A stretch of DNA of 64,000 bases from Neoechinorhynchus agilis (lineage: Eukaryota; Animalia; Acanthocephala). A model generated the notes under the pieces. That model did no database searches, was not told the DNA's origin, and worked only from the letters and a program-made list of their open reading frames with translations. The stretch covers positions 15,329,480-15,393,479 of the forward strand of contig CM121342.1 in the NCBI GenBank assembly GCA_051530055.1, in the 5' to 3' direction. Shown piece by piece: positions 49,427 through 60,254 of this stretch (position 1 is its first letter; each line of letters starts with the position of its first letter). The translations under genes and the position numbers were made by a program.

Positions 49427-49930
49427 ACTTTCGATGAATCAAAACTACTGTTTATAACCGAAGGGAGAAATTTACCGGTTCAGTGAAGTGTGATATTTTC
49501 GTTTTGAAGAAAATATGATCTTACTATGAGTTGAAAGGGGAAAATAGAGGAAACACTGATATTCCAAATTTAATGTCAAATAAAAAACGGTCACACAAGT
49601 TCCTAAGATCGCACTGCGTTTGGATATTGGGCGTAGACTATAATTTCTTTATCGTTCAATTATTCGAAGCCAGGTTTGACATAAGGTATGAAAATGAAAA
49701 ATCGGGAGATCAAATTTTTGTTATTTCCGATCCACATTTATTAAAGGCTTTAAGTTCTTTGGTCTTTTCTAAAAAAATTTCCAGATTAAACTATCAATGA
49801 AAAATATTTTGAGCGGCAATTGCTACTATTCAGTCTAATGTGCTGTAGCCTAAATTGCGAATAAGTCACTTGTCCAATAAGCGTCTTTCATTTAGTGCAA
49901 TCATTATAATAGATTAAAAGAATTTATTAA

Positions 49931-50004
49931 ATCCGATATTTCGGCACAATATTTTGCCTTAATCGACGTTGTTAAAGGCACAAGATTGTGCCGAAATATC
50001 GGAT
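49931..50004. repeat. Hairpin with perfect 20-bp arms; half copy at ~50781-50806
   Basis: atccgatatttcggcacaat pairs with attgtgccgaaatatcggat. Confidence 0.9.
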
Positions 50005-50514
50005 CTGATAAATTATTTTAATTTTTACACCATAAACAAGCATGAATAGTTCAATCTTCAAACACATTACGATAGACTTTCTTTTTTAATCTTTGATCAA
50101 GCAATCATGTTTTTATACAATTTACTAGATTGCAATATAAAAGGGTTTAAAGCCGAAGCTAGAGGTCTAAAAGTGTAGTTATTTTGATGAATCTTAAACT
50201 TCCGTAACCATTTGGTAGACAATTCGTTCCTGATGAAAACAAATTCCTAATTAGTTCATTGACTTACACATTTTTTCCATCTAGATTAGCAAAACATTGA
50301 AATTTGGGGTAAATCCAAAGATCAAGCAAACTGCTTTTTCACATTTTACGATATCGAATGTCGCGTGTGGGGAACTATAGATGTCCCAAATACTCTTCAC
50401 TTACTTGTGAGTTTCCAGGGTTTACATATGAAGCTCCAAAGTATTCTAACATTGGAATAATGATTAACTTGAACTTTTAAAAAAACTTTACATAAATGTC
50501 ATGAAATCAATCAC

Positions 50515-50750
50515 ACCACCGCTCTGGATCACTCAGCTGCCGTCCTGGTGTAACGGTCTAAAGGACGGATGCAGCGTTCCCTCGTTGCACAGTCAGAACT
50601 TTGTTTTGTAGGAGGAATGCTCCTGATCTCGGATCGCCAGTGATTCGTCTCAATCTCCTAGACAATTGCTTTACCAGGTCCTGTGCCGCGGAACCAAACG
50701 ACCCGAGCGTTTCGACGCCAAAGGGAGCAAAACAAAGATTGAATTGTTCA
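50515..50750 (-). mobile_element. CRE-like 3' fragment
   Basis: PFGVETLGSFG..AQDLVKQLS..ITGDPRSGAFLLQ...VQRGNAASV, similar to 58935-59090. Confidence 0.75.
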
Positions 50751-51102
50751 TGTTTTTTACTTCGGAAAGAATGAAGGAATTTTATTAAATCCGATATTTC
50801 GGCACAGGTTGTATGGAAGTGGATGAATAATGATTATGAGAATAGACAACAGAAAATTTGATATAACGAATATTTTTAGTCGTCAATAAGCACAAATTTT
50901 CTAAAGAATATTGCTTTTGGAATTGTTGTTTAGGTCTAAACCCGATAAATGATTATTTATTAAAGACGTTTCGACCCCGGTACCTCACATATCGACAATA
51001 TTGCTTTTGCTCCCACTTTATTGAATAGAATGGTGATAAAGGTAGGAAAAGTATTTAGAATTATTATTTAGGTGTCTTGGATTATTATCTTCGGGATACA
51101 AG

Positions 51103-51298
51103 ATACTTTCTTTTGGTAGTTTTGCAACTACCTGGATTTAAATTCACTAATTTATTTCCGATATTTCGTCTAAGTGTGCGAATAAAAATACCTAAACAAC
51201 GACAATCCTTGGGAAAAATGTCGGAATTATCCGGCGAAATATCGGAAATAAATAAGTGAATTTAAATCTGGGATGGCAAAAGTACCAAAAGAAAGTAT
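51103..51298. repeat. Inverted repeat, ~65-bp arms (51103-51168 and 51235-51298), MITE-like
   Basis: The arms pair directly and share the core TCCGATATTTCG with the 49931 hairpin. Confidence 0.8.
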
Positions 51299-51687
51299 TA
51301 TTTAGGTCTTCAGCCGGTAAATATTTTTTAGTTTATTAACTAACAAACTGATGATGGATCCGATGAAGTTCGCAGAACGTTTTTAATCGAAAAAATTATT
51401 TACCGGACGAAGACTTTTAAACAATAATTCTTATCATATACCCAGGTTCCTCGTCACATATCGACATTTTTATATAAGGAACATTATTGCCTGTTAGCTG
51501 CAAGTGTTAATACTTCGAATAATGGTGTCTTTTAACGTTCAGGTTTAAAAATCTAAAAGCGGCACATATGTAAGTCGAGAACTTCATTTGACTAGATAAA
51601 ACTTGCAAAGAATGGAATTAAAAATGATATAAAGCTCAAAAGGTCGATATGTGAGAAGGTACCGTGATTTATGATGAGAACTGTTAT

Positions 51688-51878
51688 ATTGATATTTGGC
51701 GCAACTAAAGAATTATAGATTAATTTAATTAATTTTCGGCCTAAGCGTGGGCCTTCTTCAGATATTGTTTCGCAAGTTAAGTGAAAAAACTTGCGAAACA
51801 ATATCTGAAAAAGGCTCACGCTCAGGCCGAAAATTAATTAAATTAATCTATAATTCTTTAGTTGCGCCAAATATCAAT
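51688..51878. repeat. 191-bp near-perfect palindrome (91-bp arms, 9-nt loop)
   Basis: The arms match at 88 of 91 positions by manual comparison. Confidence 0.92.
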
Positions 51879-52155
51879 TTAACGATGGCAAATATATATA
51901 TATATTCGAGAACTGTTATATCAGTAAGCTTTTGATGAAAAACAAACGTGACGATGAAACCGACGAGGTTCGAATCGTCCTTAATAAAAAAATTATTCGC
52001 TCGGTGAAGACCCAAATAACACTTCTAATATAAAGGTTAACTTCTATACTTTGACACCTCAGAACGATTACAATAGTTTTTACTTTATCAACACAAATAT
52101 TGATTCCTAAACACAATATCAGTTAATTTTCGGTTGTGAATATTATTCAGTAACC

Positions 52156-52590
52156 ATGGCGATATTGGAAACAGTTCGAAGAAGTAAAAGACCATGTTCC
52201 AATATGAGATTTTCCATAATCCGCATCTCAGTGATGACTGGGATCACGACTCCACTTTCAAAAATTATAAACGCCATCCCTCTTGTGATCGATACAACTG
52301 GCTTGCCTGGAAATGGTTTCCTTAAGACGATGAAACGACCTAGGGCTATTCCGTTACTTGAATGCGTTATAAAAAGCAAAATCTACGCGATCATAATGAT
52401 ATCTCTTACCTTGATACTAATAATCGCAATGCTTAGTGCTTCGTGTTTCTTAAACACCGAATTTAAAAAACGACGAGACGAGCGCATAAATCGTCTAAAG
52501 AATTTGGATTACGGATACGGCAAAAATTTGTACAATCCATTGTATAAAGGATCTGAATTGGGATTTCTTGATTGGTCTTTTAATGAGTGA
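52156..52590 (+). CDS. Orphan 144-aa ORF with one hydrophobic helix and an NPLY motif
   Basis: IYAIIMISLTLILIIAMLSASCFL followed by basic KKRR and YNPLY. No recognisable family. Confidence 0.45.
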   Translation: MAILETVRRSKRPCSNMRFSIIRISVMTGITTPLSKIINAIPLVIDTTGLPGNGFLKTMKRPRAIPLLECVIKSKIYAIIMISLTLILIIAMLSASCFLNTEFKKRRDERINRLKNLDYGYGKNLYNPLYKGSELGFLDWSFNE

Positions 52591-53223
52591 ATCATCTTTA
52601 AAAAAATGTATTAGGTTAACCATCCGTTGATTATTACATGAAATACAACCGTTTATACAGGGATAAATATTGATCTGTGTGAATAGTTCTTGTGGACCCA
52701 ACACGGAGACGGCATTTAAAGACATTGTAATACTCGCTAATTTTGTTGCATCTTAGCATAAAAATACAATAGTCGAAAGTCATCAATAAATAGTGTCACT
52801 AAACTCATCGAGATTCGATCCGTGTTTAATTATACTTAGATTGAATAAAATATGAGAACGTTTGAAAAAGTCTTAAATAAGTGTAGCAAATCTGTCTGTA
52901 ATTCAACGACAAAAAAAGCGCACATCAAAATTAGATTTCCATTTGAAATAAAGAGCATTAACAGCCAATCAACCGATTCACTTTAATCTACACTCGTGAA
53001 TTTTGTTCATTTTCATTTGGGAACATGCGGTCAGCGTCCGGGGGACGATTTAATCATTTTAAAATAAATTGTAAAACTTTAAAAAAAACGTAATAAATTA
53101 ATAAAATTGCTTTAAAAACGCAGATCCTATTCGTCCCATACACAAAATGTACTCCCAAAACTAAAATGCTTATAAGTTTAATGTGAGCAACCAACCGAAA
53201 TCGATATTATCATCAATATGAGA

Positions 53224-53721
53224 TCATACTTTTGGAACGACCAGTGATCCATCGTTGATTTTGTCGATCACTTCGTGCGGTGGAAGTTTATTGATAGTAC
53301 ATCCAATCGATTGGCAAGCTCCAAGTACTTCTTTAACAGTTCCAGAAAGCTCACGGGCTTGTGACCGTGGCCTCATTTTCCGTCCAATGTCACATATTTG
53401 CTCAAAACTAAGATCGCCATTATGCTTTATAAATTTCACCTTCTTACGATCTCTATAAGGTTCATTAAGGGCTTGAATGATCAACGAAGCTGCACACGGA
53501 ACAACTGTTATTTGTGCTTTACGATTCTGAATCGTAAGCTTGACCATTACATTGATCCCCTTAAATTCTTGGGTGCTTTTGACAATATCATCGGACACCA
53601 TCTTTGGAGGCAAACCATAAGCACCGATTTTAGGAGCCAAGGAAGCATTCGGTGGTGGCTCGCCACCGCGACACCGAACCATGACCGTGTAAACGACATC
53701 AGGATCAAATTTAGGTCCCAT
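53224..53721 (-). CDS. RPL12: 60S ribosomal protein L12 (uL11), intronless, divergent
   Basis: PKFDP, LAPKIG, VKLTIQNR, RDRKK, ARELSGTVKEVLG; full length at 165 aa. Confidence 0.96.
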   Translation of the reverse strand: MGPKFDPDVVYTVMVRCRGGEPPPNASLAPKIGAYGLPPKMVSDDIVKSTQEFKGINVMVKLTIQNRKAQITVVPCAASLIIQALNEPYRDRKKVKFIKHNGDLSFEQICDIGRKMRPRSQARELSGTVKEVLGACQSIGCTINKLPPHEVIDKINDGSLVVPKV

Positions 53722-53849
53722 TGATTATCAAGACTGAATCCACTTCGAACGACGAAGTGTAATCTAGAAACGAAAGAATGACAGTGGAATGACGAATAAC
53801 CAGGCAAAATACAATAAAAAATGATCTGTGGACAGTGCAGGACTTAGGC

Positions 53850-54960
53850 GACTGCTGCCACCATCCATTCTCACCATCGTCTCAAATTCTAGTTTTGCCA
53901 TTGAACGTTTGGACTTCTAAGGAGTTGCCGATAATAAGAATTTGGTGGCGGTGGTTGGCATCGGAAGCGACAGGATCTCTAACATGGGCAAGTAATAAAA
54001 AAATGGTGCGATTTATATCCTCGAAATCGTCATGCATCGAGACTCTTACCATCCTTGGGTGATGAGACAGGCGATCTATGCTGAGATGCATAAGACTGCA
54101 CTAGTTTGCTCATCGTTTTCAACCTGGAAACAATCAGCAGTCAACAGAGTGAACGAAATATTTGAGGAAAACGGCTACACAAGTGACGAGATCGTGCGTT
54201 TTCAACGACGGTGTGAGTTGAAATTGAAAAAACGGAACGATGATCGTTCACGGGATAGATTTCCGGGAAAACCGATTCTCAAAATACCGTATATCTGCGA
54301 GAAGTTCACAAGTGATGTCAGGATGGTATTACGACGGTCTAGACTAGATGTAAGAATTGTCCACCGAAGAGCCGGATCCTTACAAAAACTGGGCATCACG
54401 AAACACCGAAAACATGCAAGGCCTCTTGTTTGATGTGCAAATACGCGCCAAGGAAATTCGTAGACGCAGGTGGCCAACAAGTGTCAATGAGCTCAAGAAG
54501 CAATGTTGTCTACGAGATGGCCTGCAAACCGTATTTAGCAGAGGACAATCGCAAAATCATTTACATTGGCAAAACAGAAACACGTACACAATGCCATTAA
54601 CCCGCACGCGAAATCACACACAAACACACCTTGGCCCAAGCATCAAGCTGGATGCCACAGCGATAGAGAGGTTAAGCTTTCCACGCGAATACGATATGTG
54701 GCCAAGGATCAGGTGGAACTGTCTATCGCCGAAGCACTCTTAATATCCCGGGTGATTGACAGGGGAAGGGATGGTGTTTTGACCGATAGTTCTGGAGTTC
54801 AAGAACTACTGAACGCTAGAGACGAACTATCCGCAACCATGGCGCTCTTGTGACGTCCACTTCACCCTACCCCACATGCTTTGTAGATCCCTGAAGAAGC
54901 CGCAATACCGCGAAAGCTAGGAGGAAAAATATAGAGTTCGTTTTCTCTTTAATCCAGTTC
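53850..54960 (+). mobile_element. Decayed PLE (RT C-terminus + GIY-YIG)
   Basis: MHRDSYHP, ENGY, LKIPYI, NVVYEMAC...IYIGKTE, IAEALLI. Confidence 0.82.
54888..54922 (+). ncRNA. Minimal hammerhead ribozyme motif with an imperfect stem II
   Basis: tcc-CTGAAGA-a-gccg-caata-ccgc-GAA-AGCT-A-gga, at the PLE 3' end. Confidence 0.65.
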
Positions 54961-55078
54961 GCTCAAGTGTCTATATAAATAAATTCCTTCATCAAACATG
55001 CGGCTGGATAATCAAGCAGTGTTTCATAAGATCAACTTATAATAACAAAACGTTTATTTGTTAATTAACAAAGAAAAG

Positions 55079-56500
55079 GATAAACGTGATCATCACATCT
55101 ACAATTTTATAAAATTGTTCAATTCTGATATTCGCACATTCCACTCCTACAACACAAATGACCCTTCCTTGGCCACGTCCTCCCTAATCTCAATCATAAG
55201 AAATTCCCCAACTTCGACAATTCCAAAGAAATTCATTAGAATCTCCAACCGCGATGTTCCATGGATAATCCCCATCTTGAAACTTCTTCAAAAGCAAGCT
55301 TCTAAGGCCCATCGCAATAACTCTCAGGACTTTCCCCGTTTACAAATAGCTCTAATTAAAAAAGAAAAGTGATTGTGAATACTTTTTCATTTTGTATGCA
55401 TCGGCTCTGGTATAGTTTAAAAAACGACATGTTTTCTTGTTGCTCGTAAAAACTTCCTTTCCTCCCAAATTCGTTCACGTTGCAACGCAACCCTGATCCT
55501 TTCCCAAATTTGATTTCCACTGAATTAAAACAGGTACTAGATTCCATCAATCAGAACCTCTGCCAACTCCACACAAACTTTCATTCCCACAACTGACATT
55601 TCGGTCAACTCTCCAATACTTTCCTTAGTTTCGTCATATAAAGTCTTTCAACATCTCAAGAATTACCCCGAAATTCGCTCTCTATCCGATATCCCAAACT
55701 GAGCTCTTCGCTGCATCATTCCCGAACTCATCGACCCTCTTACCCACATTATGAACCACAGCTTTTTATATGGCACCTACCTCCTCATGCCTGAAAATTG
55801 CTAAAGTGATCCTTCTCAAAAAATGACACCCGATTTCCACCGAATCATTCCGACCAATATTCATTATACTCGCTCTTTCAAAAATCATCAAAAAATGTTT
55901 TAAACCTCCTCTTCTTCCACTTCTCAACGCAACCGATGCCCTACTCTGCATTTATGACACGCTCCTACGTAACCTCGGCAATAATCTCTCTAGCATAACC
56001 CGCCTCATTCAGTTGGACTTATCGAAAGCATTCGACTCCGGTGACCATTCGCTACTTCTTCAAGTCACCTCTCTAAGAATTCTGGGTCTCCAATTTCAAT
56101 CAAACTTGAAATAGGACTCGCACATCACTCTCTCCCTCAAGTAAATACGTTTAAATTGATCTCATCGAACGCCTCCTACATTTAGGAATCCCTTCACCCG
56201 ATCTCTACAAATTTTACTTCAGCTTTATTCTACCCTCCCTCACCTACGGTTATCCCGTCTTCTGTAACCTATCCTAATATCAAATCAGTCATCTTGAAAT
56301 ACTTCACCAAAGAACATCTAAAATTTGCACCGCTAATTTTTTCCCCTCTCGCCGAATGCCTTGATACTGTTTTCTTAAAACAAACAAAACGCCTCTCAAC
56401 CCTACCACCACAATTTCTACCACATATCGCCCCTTTTAGACACGAGCACAACACTAATAATCCTAATCTATTTCATCCTTTTATAAAGAATTTTTAAAAT
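55079..56500 (+). mobile_element. Decayed CR1/L2-like LINE (family B paralog)
   Basis: Aligns by eye to 39128-41100 without the RTE insertion; LSKAFDS motif. Confidence 0.75.
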
Positions 56501-56569
56501 TTTGGTGGGTTAATTTTAAATCTTATTTCATCTGCATATTACCAAATCGCTCTTAAATGTGATTCTTAT

Positions 56570-59130
56570 AGGAAAGTGGTTAAAAGAGTTACTAAACTCT
56601 CAGCTGTGGGACGAAGCCTGGCGTCAAGCGTCCTTGCCTGTGTCGTCCGCCGGTTTGGGTATCCGAAAAGCAGCCGATATTTCTCTGGCAGCTTATTTTG
56701 GGATCGCATGAAGCATGCCGGAAAATAGCTAAATCCGTTTTTGGCGAGAATTACACCTTGGATTTTGGTGTGGAAATTCAGGCAGCGAACAGGTCCCTTC
56801 AATTGTTGCAAACAATCAGTTTGGGACTCACCCCTGGTAGCCAGAATTCATAACTCTTTAATTTCAGATTCTCGTGATCTGGTGAACGGAACTCGATTGG
56901 TGGCAGTCTCTACAAGGCAATCGGGTGCTTCGCTCAATTCTATCCCAATCGCTTTCTGTGGGTACCCCTAATAAACATGTTTTATTGATTTCGAAAAACG
57001 ATCCATACACTTCCCAGCATCTATCTTTGCTGAAGTTGTCTGGATGTCGGATGTTGAGGCAGCGAGGTGGGATTTGTCTTTTGAGTTTTACAGGAGAATG
57101 ACAGATTAGAAGTCTTTCCTTATTCTCCGGTTATTGAGGAAAGATTGGGCTTGAGGGAAGAAAGATTTTTGGTAGAGGGTGGTACGAGCGAGGGGGATGA
57201 AAAAGGTTGGGGTTCCGGGTGTTCTAGGGACTAGTATTTAGAGATGAGGGAAGAAAATTGTGGAGGGGGTTGAAGAAGACGGAGGGCGTTTTTGGAGAAA
57301 ATGGAGGTGGGCGTCGAGGGGAGGGAGTGAAGACCCGCATATTCTTGCTGCTCTCTTGTGGAAGGTTTCGAGGGAATGAAGAGCATTGGCGGAAAGGGCG
57401 ATGAAAGTGGGGTAGGCGTATGTAAGGATGGGGAGGACGGCAAAGAGATAAAAGTTGGCAAGGTGTTTAGGGGGAACGCCGAGACGCCGGAGGATTTTGA
57501 GGAGGTAAAGACGAGGGTTTGTTTTAGAGAGTGCAAATGAAATGTGGGCATCCCATTTTAGGTTTTCTTGGAAAATCAGGCCCAATATTCGGAGAGAATA
57601 GGAGCGTTGGATGGGGAGAGGGAGGGGCGCGGGGATAAGGTTGCGTTTGGAAATGTGGGAGACAAGCTCAAAAGATTATGATAAATTTAGAGAGAGGTTT
57701 AGGGTGGAGAGCGAGGAAATGAGATGGTTGAGCTCGTCCATGGTCGTGGAGAGGAAGAGAGACGGAGATGCGATGGTAATGGCTGTGAGGTCATCTGTAT
57801 AGAGAAAATATTTGGTAGGGGAGTGAAGGGATGAAGGTCATTTAGAAAAATGTCAAAGAGGAGAGGGGAAAGTACGGCGCCTTGGGGGACCCCTTTAAAT
57901 ATGGGCAGAGAGGAAAAACAAGAAGCACCACATTGGATATGGTGTTCGCGGTTGGAGAGGAAAGAGTAAATTTAAGCGAGTTGCCAGGTAGGGAGGCCAA
58001 AGGAATCACATGGTTGGAGGAGAAGGGAGTGATCTACCGACTCAAATGCCCTGGAAATATCCAGTTGCACGAGACCGAAGGTTGATGCTGGATTGGAATC
58101 TAAGCTGCGCACAAGCGTATCGTAGATGCAGAGGAGGGCATCGGAATAAGAGTAATTGGGACGGAAAGCGAATTGGGAAGGGGAGATGTTTTTGAGGAAG
58201 AAGGGAAGTAGGCGGGTTTTAAAACATTTATCTAAGATTTTAGAGAAAGAAGAGAGGATAGAGATGGGCCGAAAGGATGTGGGGAAATTGGTTTATTGTT
58301 TTTGGGTAGGGGGACGGCCCGGGCTTCCTTAAGACACGATGGGAAAGAACCCAATAGAAAGCTAAGGTTTGTTATGTGCGTTAGAGGATCGATAAGTTCC
58401 GGGATGATGAAACGAATGGCCCAATTTAGAATAGTCAAATTGGGGGTGGCAGTCTCTAAAAGAGAATCTGGTGCTTCGCTCAACGTTATCCCAATCGCTT
58501 TCTGTGGGTACCCTTCTCTCCGTCGAGACAGAAAGGAGCGCAGTGTCCCTGAGACTTGGGGTACCGATGTGCACATCCCATCGCTGCCATTGCGGGGCGA
58601 CCGTGTGTCCATCGGGGCGCCATGGTCTCGTCTGTCGGCAATCAGGCGGGAGGTACTCACGGTACGCCGAAGTGAACGCAATGCTCATAACCTTGCCCTG
58701 AATACTGTGGATGCGCCCAACATCCCAGAGCCGAGCAATCTTTGCCGACTCGATGGCCGTAGACCGGACGATGTCACAATATTCCCGTGGCGAGAAGGAA
58801 AATGCCTTCTCTGGGACGTCACGTGCGTAGACACGCTCGCAGCCAGCAACATAAAATTCGCCGCCGTTAAACCAGAGGGTGCAGCAACCGCGGCTGAGGA
58901 CCGCAAGAAGACCAAATACAGGGGCTTGGGTCATAATCATTATTTCGTTCCATTTAGCGTCGAGACACTCGGGTCGTTTGTACCGCGGCGCCAGACCTCG
59001 TCAAGCAATTGTCCAAAATAATCAGACAAATCACTTGCGATCCGAGGGCAGTAGCATTCCTCCTACAAAACATAAGCCTGGCTGTTCACTCCCTGTCCCG
59101 TAGTGTCTTGCGAAATACCATTGTCTCCAC
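56570..59130 (+). mobile_element. CRE-like element (56570-56967 and 58445-59130) interrupted by a LINE
   Basis: DEAWRQASLPVSSAGLG before the insertion; HGLVC, RYAEVN, RPDDVTIFPWREGKCLLWDVTCVDT after it. Confidence 0.82.
56968..58444 (-). mobile_element. 5'-truncated family-A CR1/L2-like LINE
   Basis: High similarity to 11310-12680 in reverse orientation, ending at the same AATAAAAC(A/G)TGTTTAT terminus. Confidence 0.88.
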
Positions 59131-59139
59131 TACTTCATT

Positions 59140-60240
59140 GAGCTGCAACGAACACTCGACGACGACATGAAGGACTGTGTCTATTTCCGAGAAGATCTCT
59201 CTGACCCATTCCCCGTCGAATAAACAGGGTTGTGTACCTCCACCAACACTTTTCTCGGTGCATTGAGTGTATGTAGTCCAAAATAATTACATACCACACC
59301 ATTTTTGGGTTACAGTACGATATCGCTATGATGATATTATCTTTAAGATGCATAGGCCGAAATCCAAGACGAAAAACACCACAATACCCATCATTGAATT
59401 TCATTAATTGTATGAAAACCCGACAAGTCTTCAATCACAGATCGCTGAGTCCAAGCGTACGAATCATTTGGTTTCATAGTCAATTTCAAGAAGTGCAAGA
59501 CAGTGGTTTCTTATCCATACTTAGCTGAAGCAATCAACATTCACGGTGGACCAGTAGAGCAAGTACACACATTCCCACACCTCGGCGGTATTCTGGACGA
59601 TTCGCGGCATAAAATACGATCTTGCCAACCGAATAAAATCCGCATACGTCTTATTCGGAAAATTAACCACTCGAGTATTTACAAAGAGAGACCTCTGGCT
59701 AGTCACGAAACTTATGGTTTGCCGCGATGTAGTCCTCATCAACCTCCTAAATGGTTGTGAATTGTATACGCTCTACCAATCATAAATCCGAACGCTTTCA
59801 CCAGCAAAACCTCCGGAACGTTTAGGGGGTTTCCGCTGAGCAACGGGTAACTGATATAGAAGTCCTCTACATTTACATTCTACCGTCCATCCAAACACCA
59901 ATTTAGCGACACCAACTACGATGGATTGTACAAATCTAATGAATGATAGATTACTAAATACTCAAGCAGATACTGCATACTGGGTTAAGCGAAAGGATCT
60001 CTAAAAGGCGTCTCAATAATCAAATTAAACGAACAATGGACGAATTTCACTTCGACATAGGACACTGGGAATTTTCGCAGCTGAATAAAATCTCCGAAAA
60101 AAATGTCTGCCACGAAGGTGCTGCTATCGCCGAGAACAACTGGCGTAACGACTGTGAACAGAAACGTCAATGTCTAAAGGGGAAAATTCTCCTCCCACTT
60201 TCCTCTGTTTCCACTGTCCCTCCTCTTCCAACTCGAACGC
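59140..60240 (+). mobile_element. Decayed RTE-group LINE RT region
   Basis: DDMKDCV, SDPFPV, KQGCVPPPTLFS and RHQLRW-like fragments, with many frameshifts. Confidence 0.65.
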
Positions 60241-60254
60241 TCTCCCCATTTAAA

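Noticed and set aside
50545-50585. A-box-like TGGTGTAACGG in a hairpin (tRNA/SINE)
   Set aside because: It is the antisense of the CRE-like coding tail and has no B-box or cloverleaf.
51960-51980. GGTTCGAATC B-box suggesting a tRNA
   Set aside because: The T-stem does not pair in register and there is no A-box or acceptor stem; better explained as a hammerhead-family relic.
53255-53807. Overlapping and antisense ORFs on RPL12, and similar short shadow ORFs over TEs and genes across the track
   Set aside because: These are antisense or alternative-frame by-products of real coding sequence with no independent motifs.
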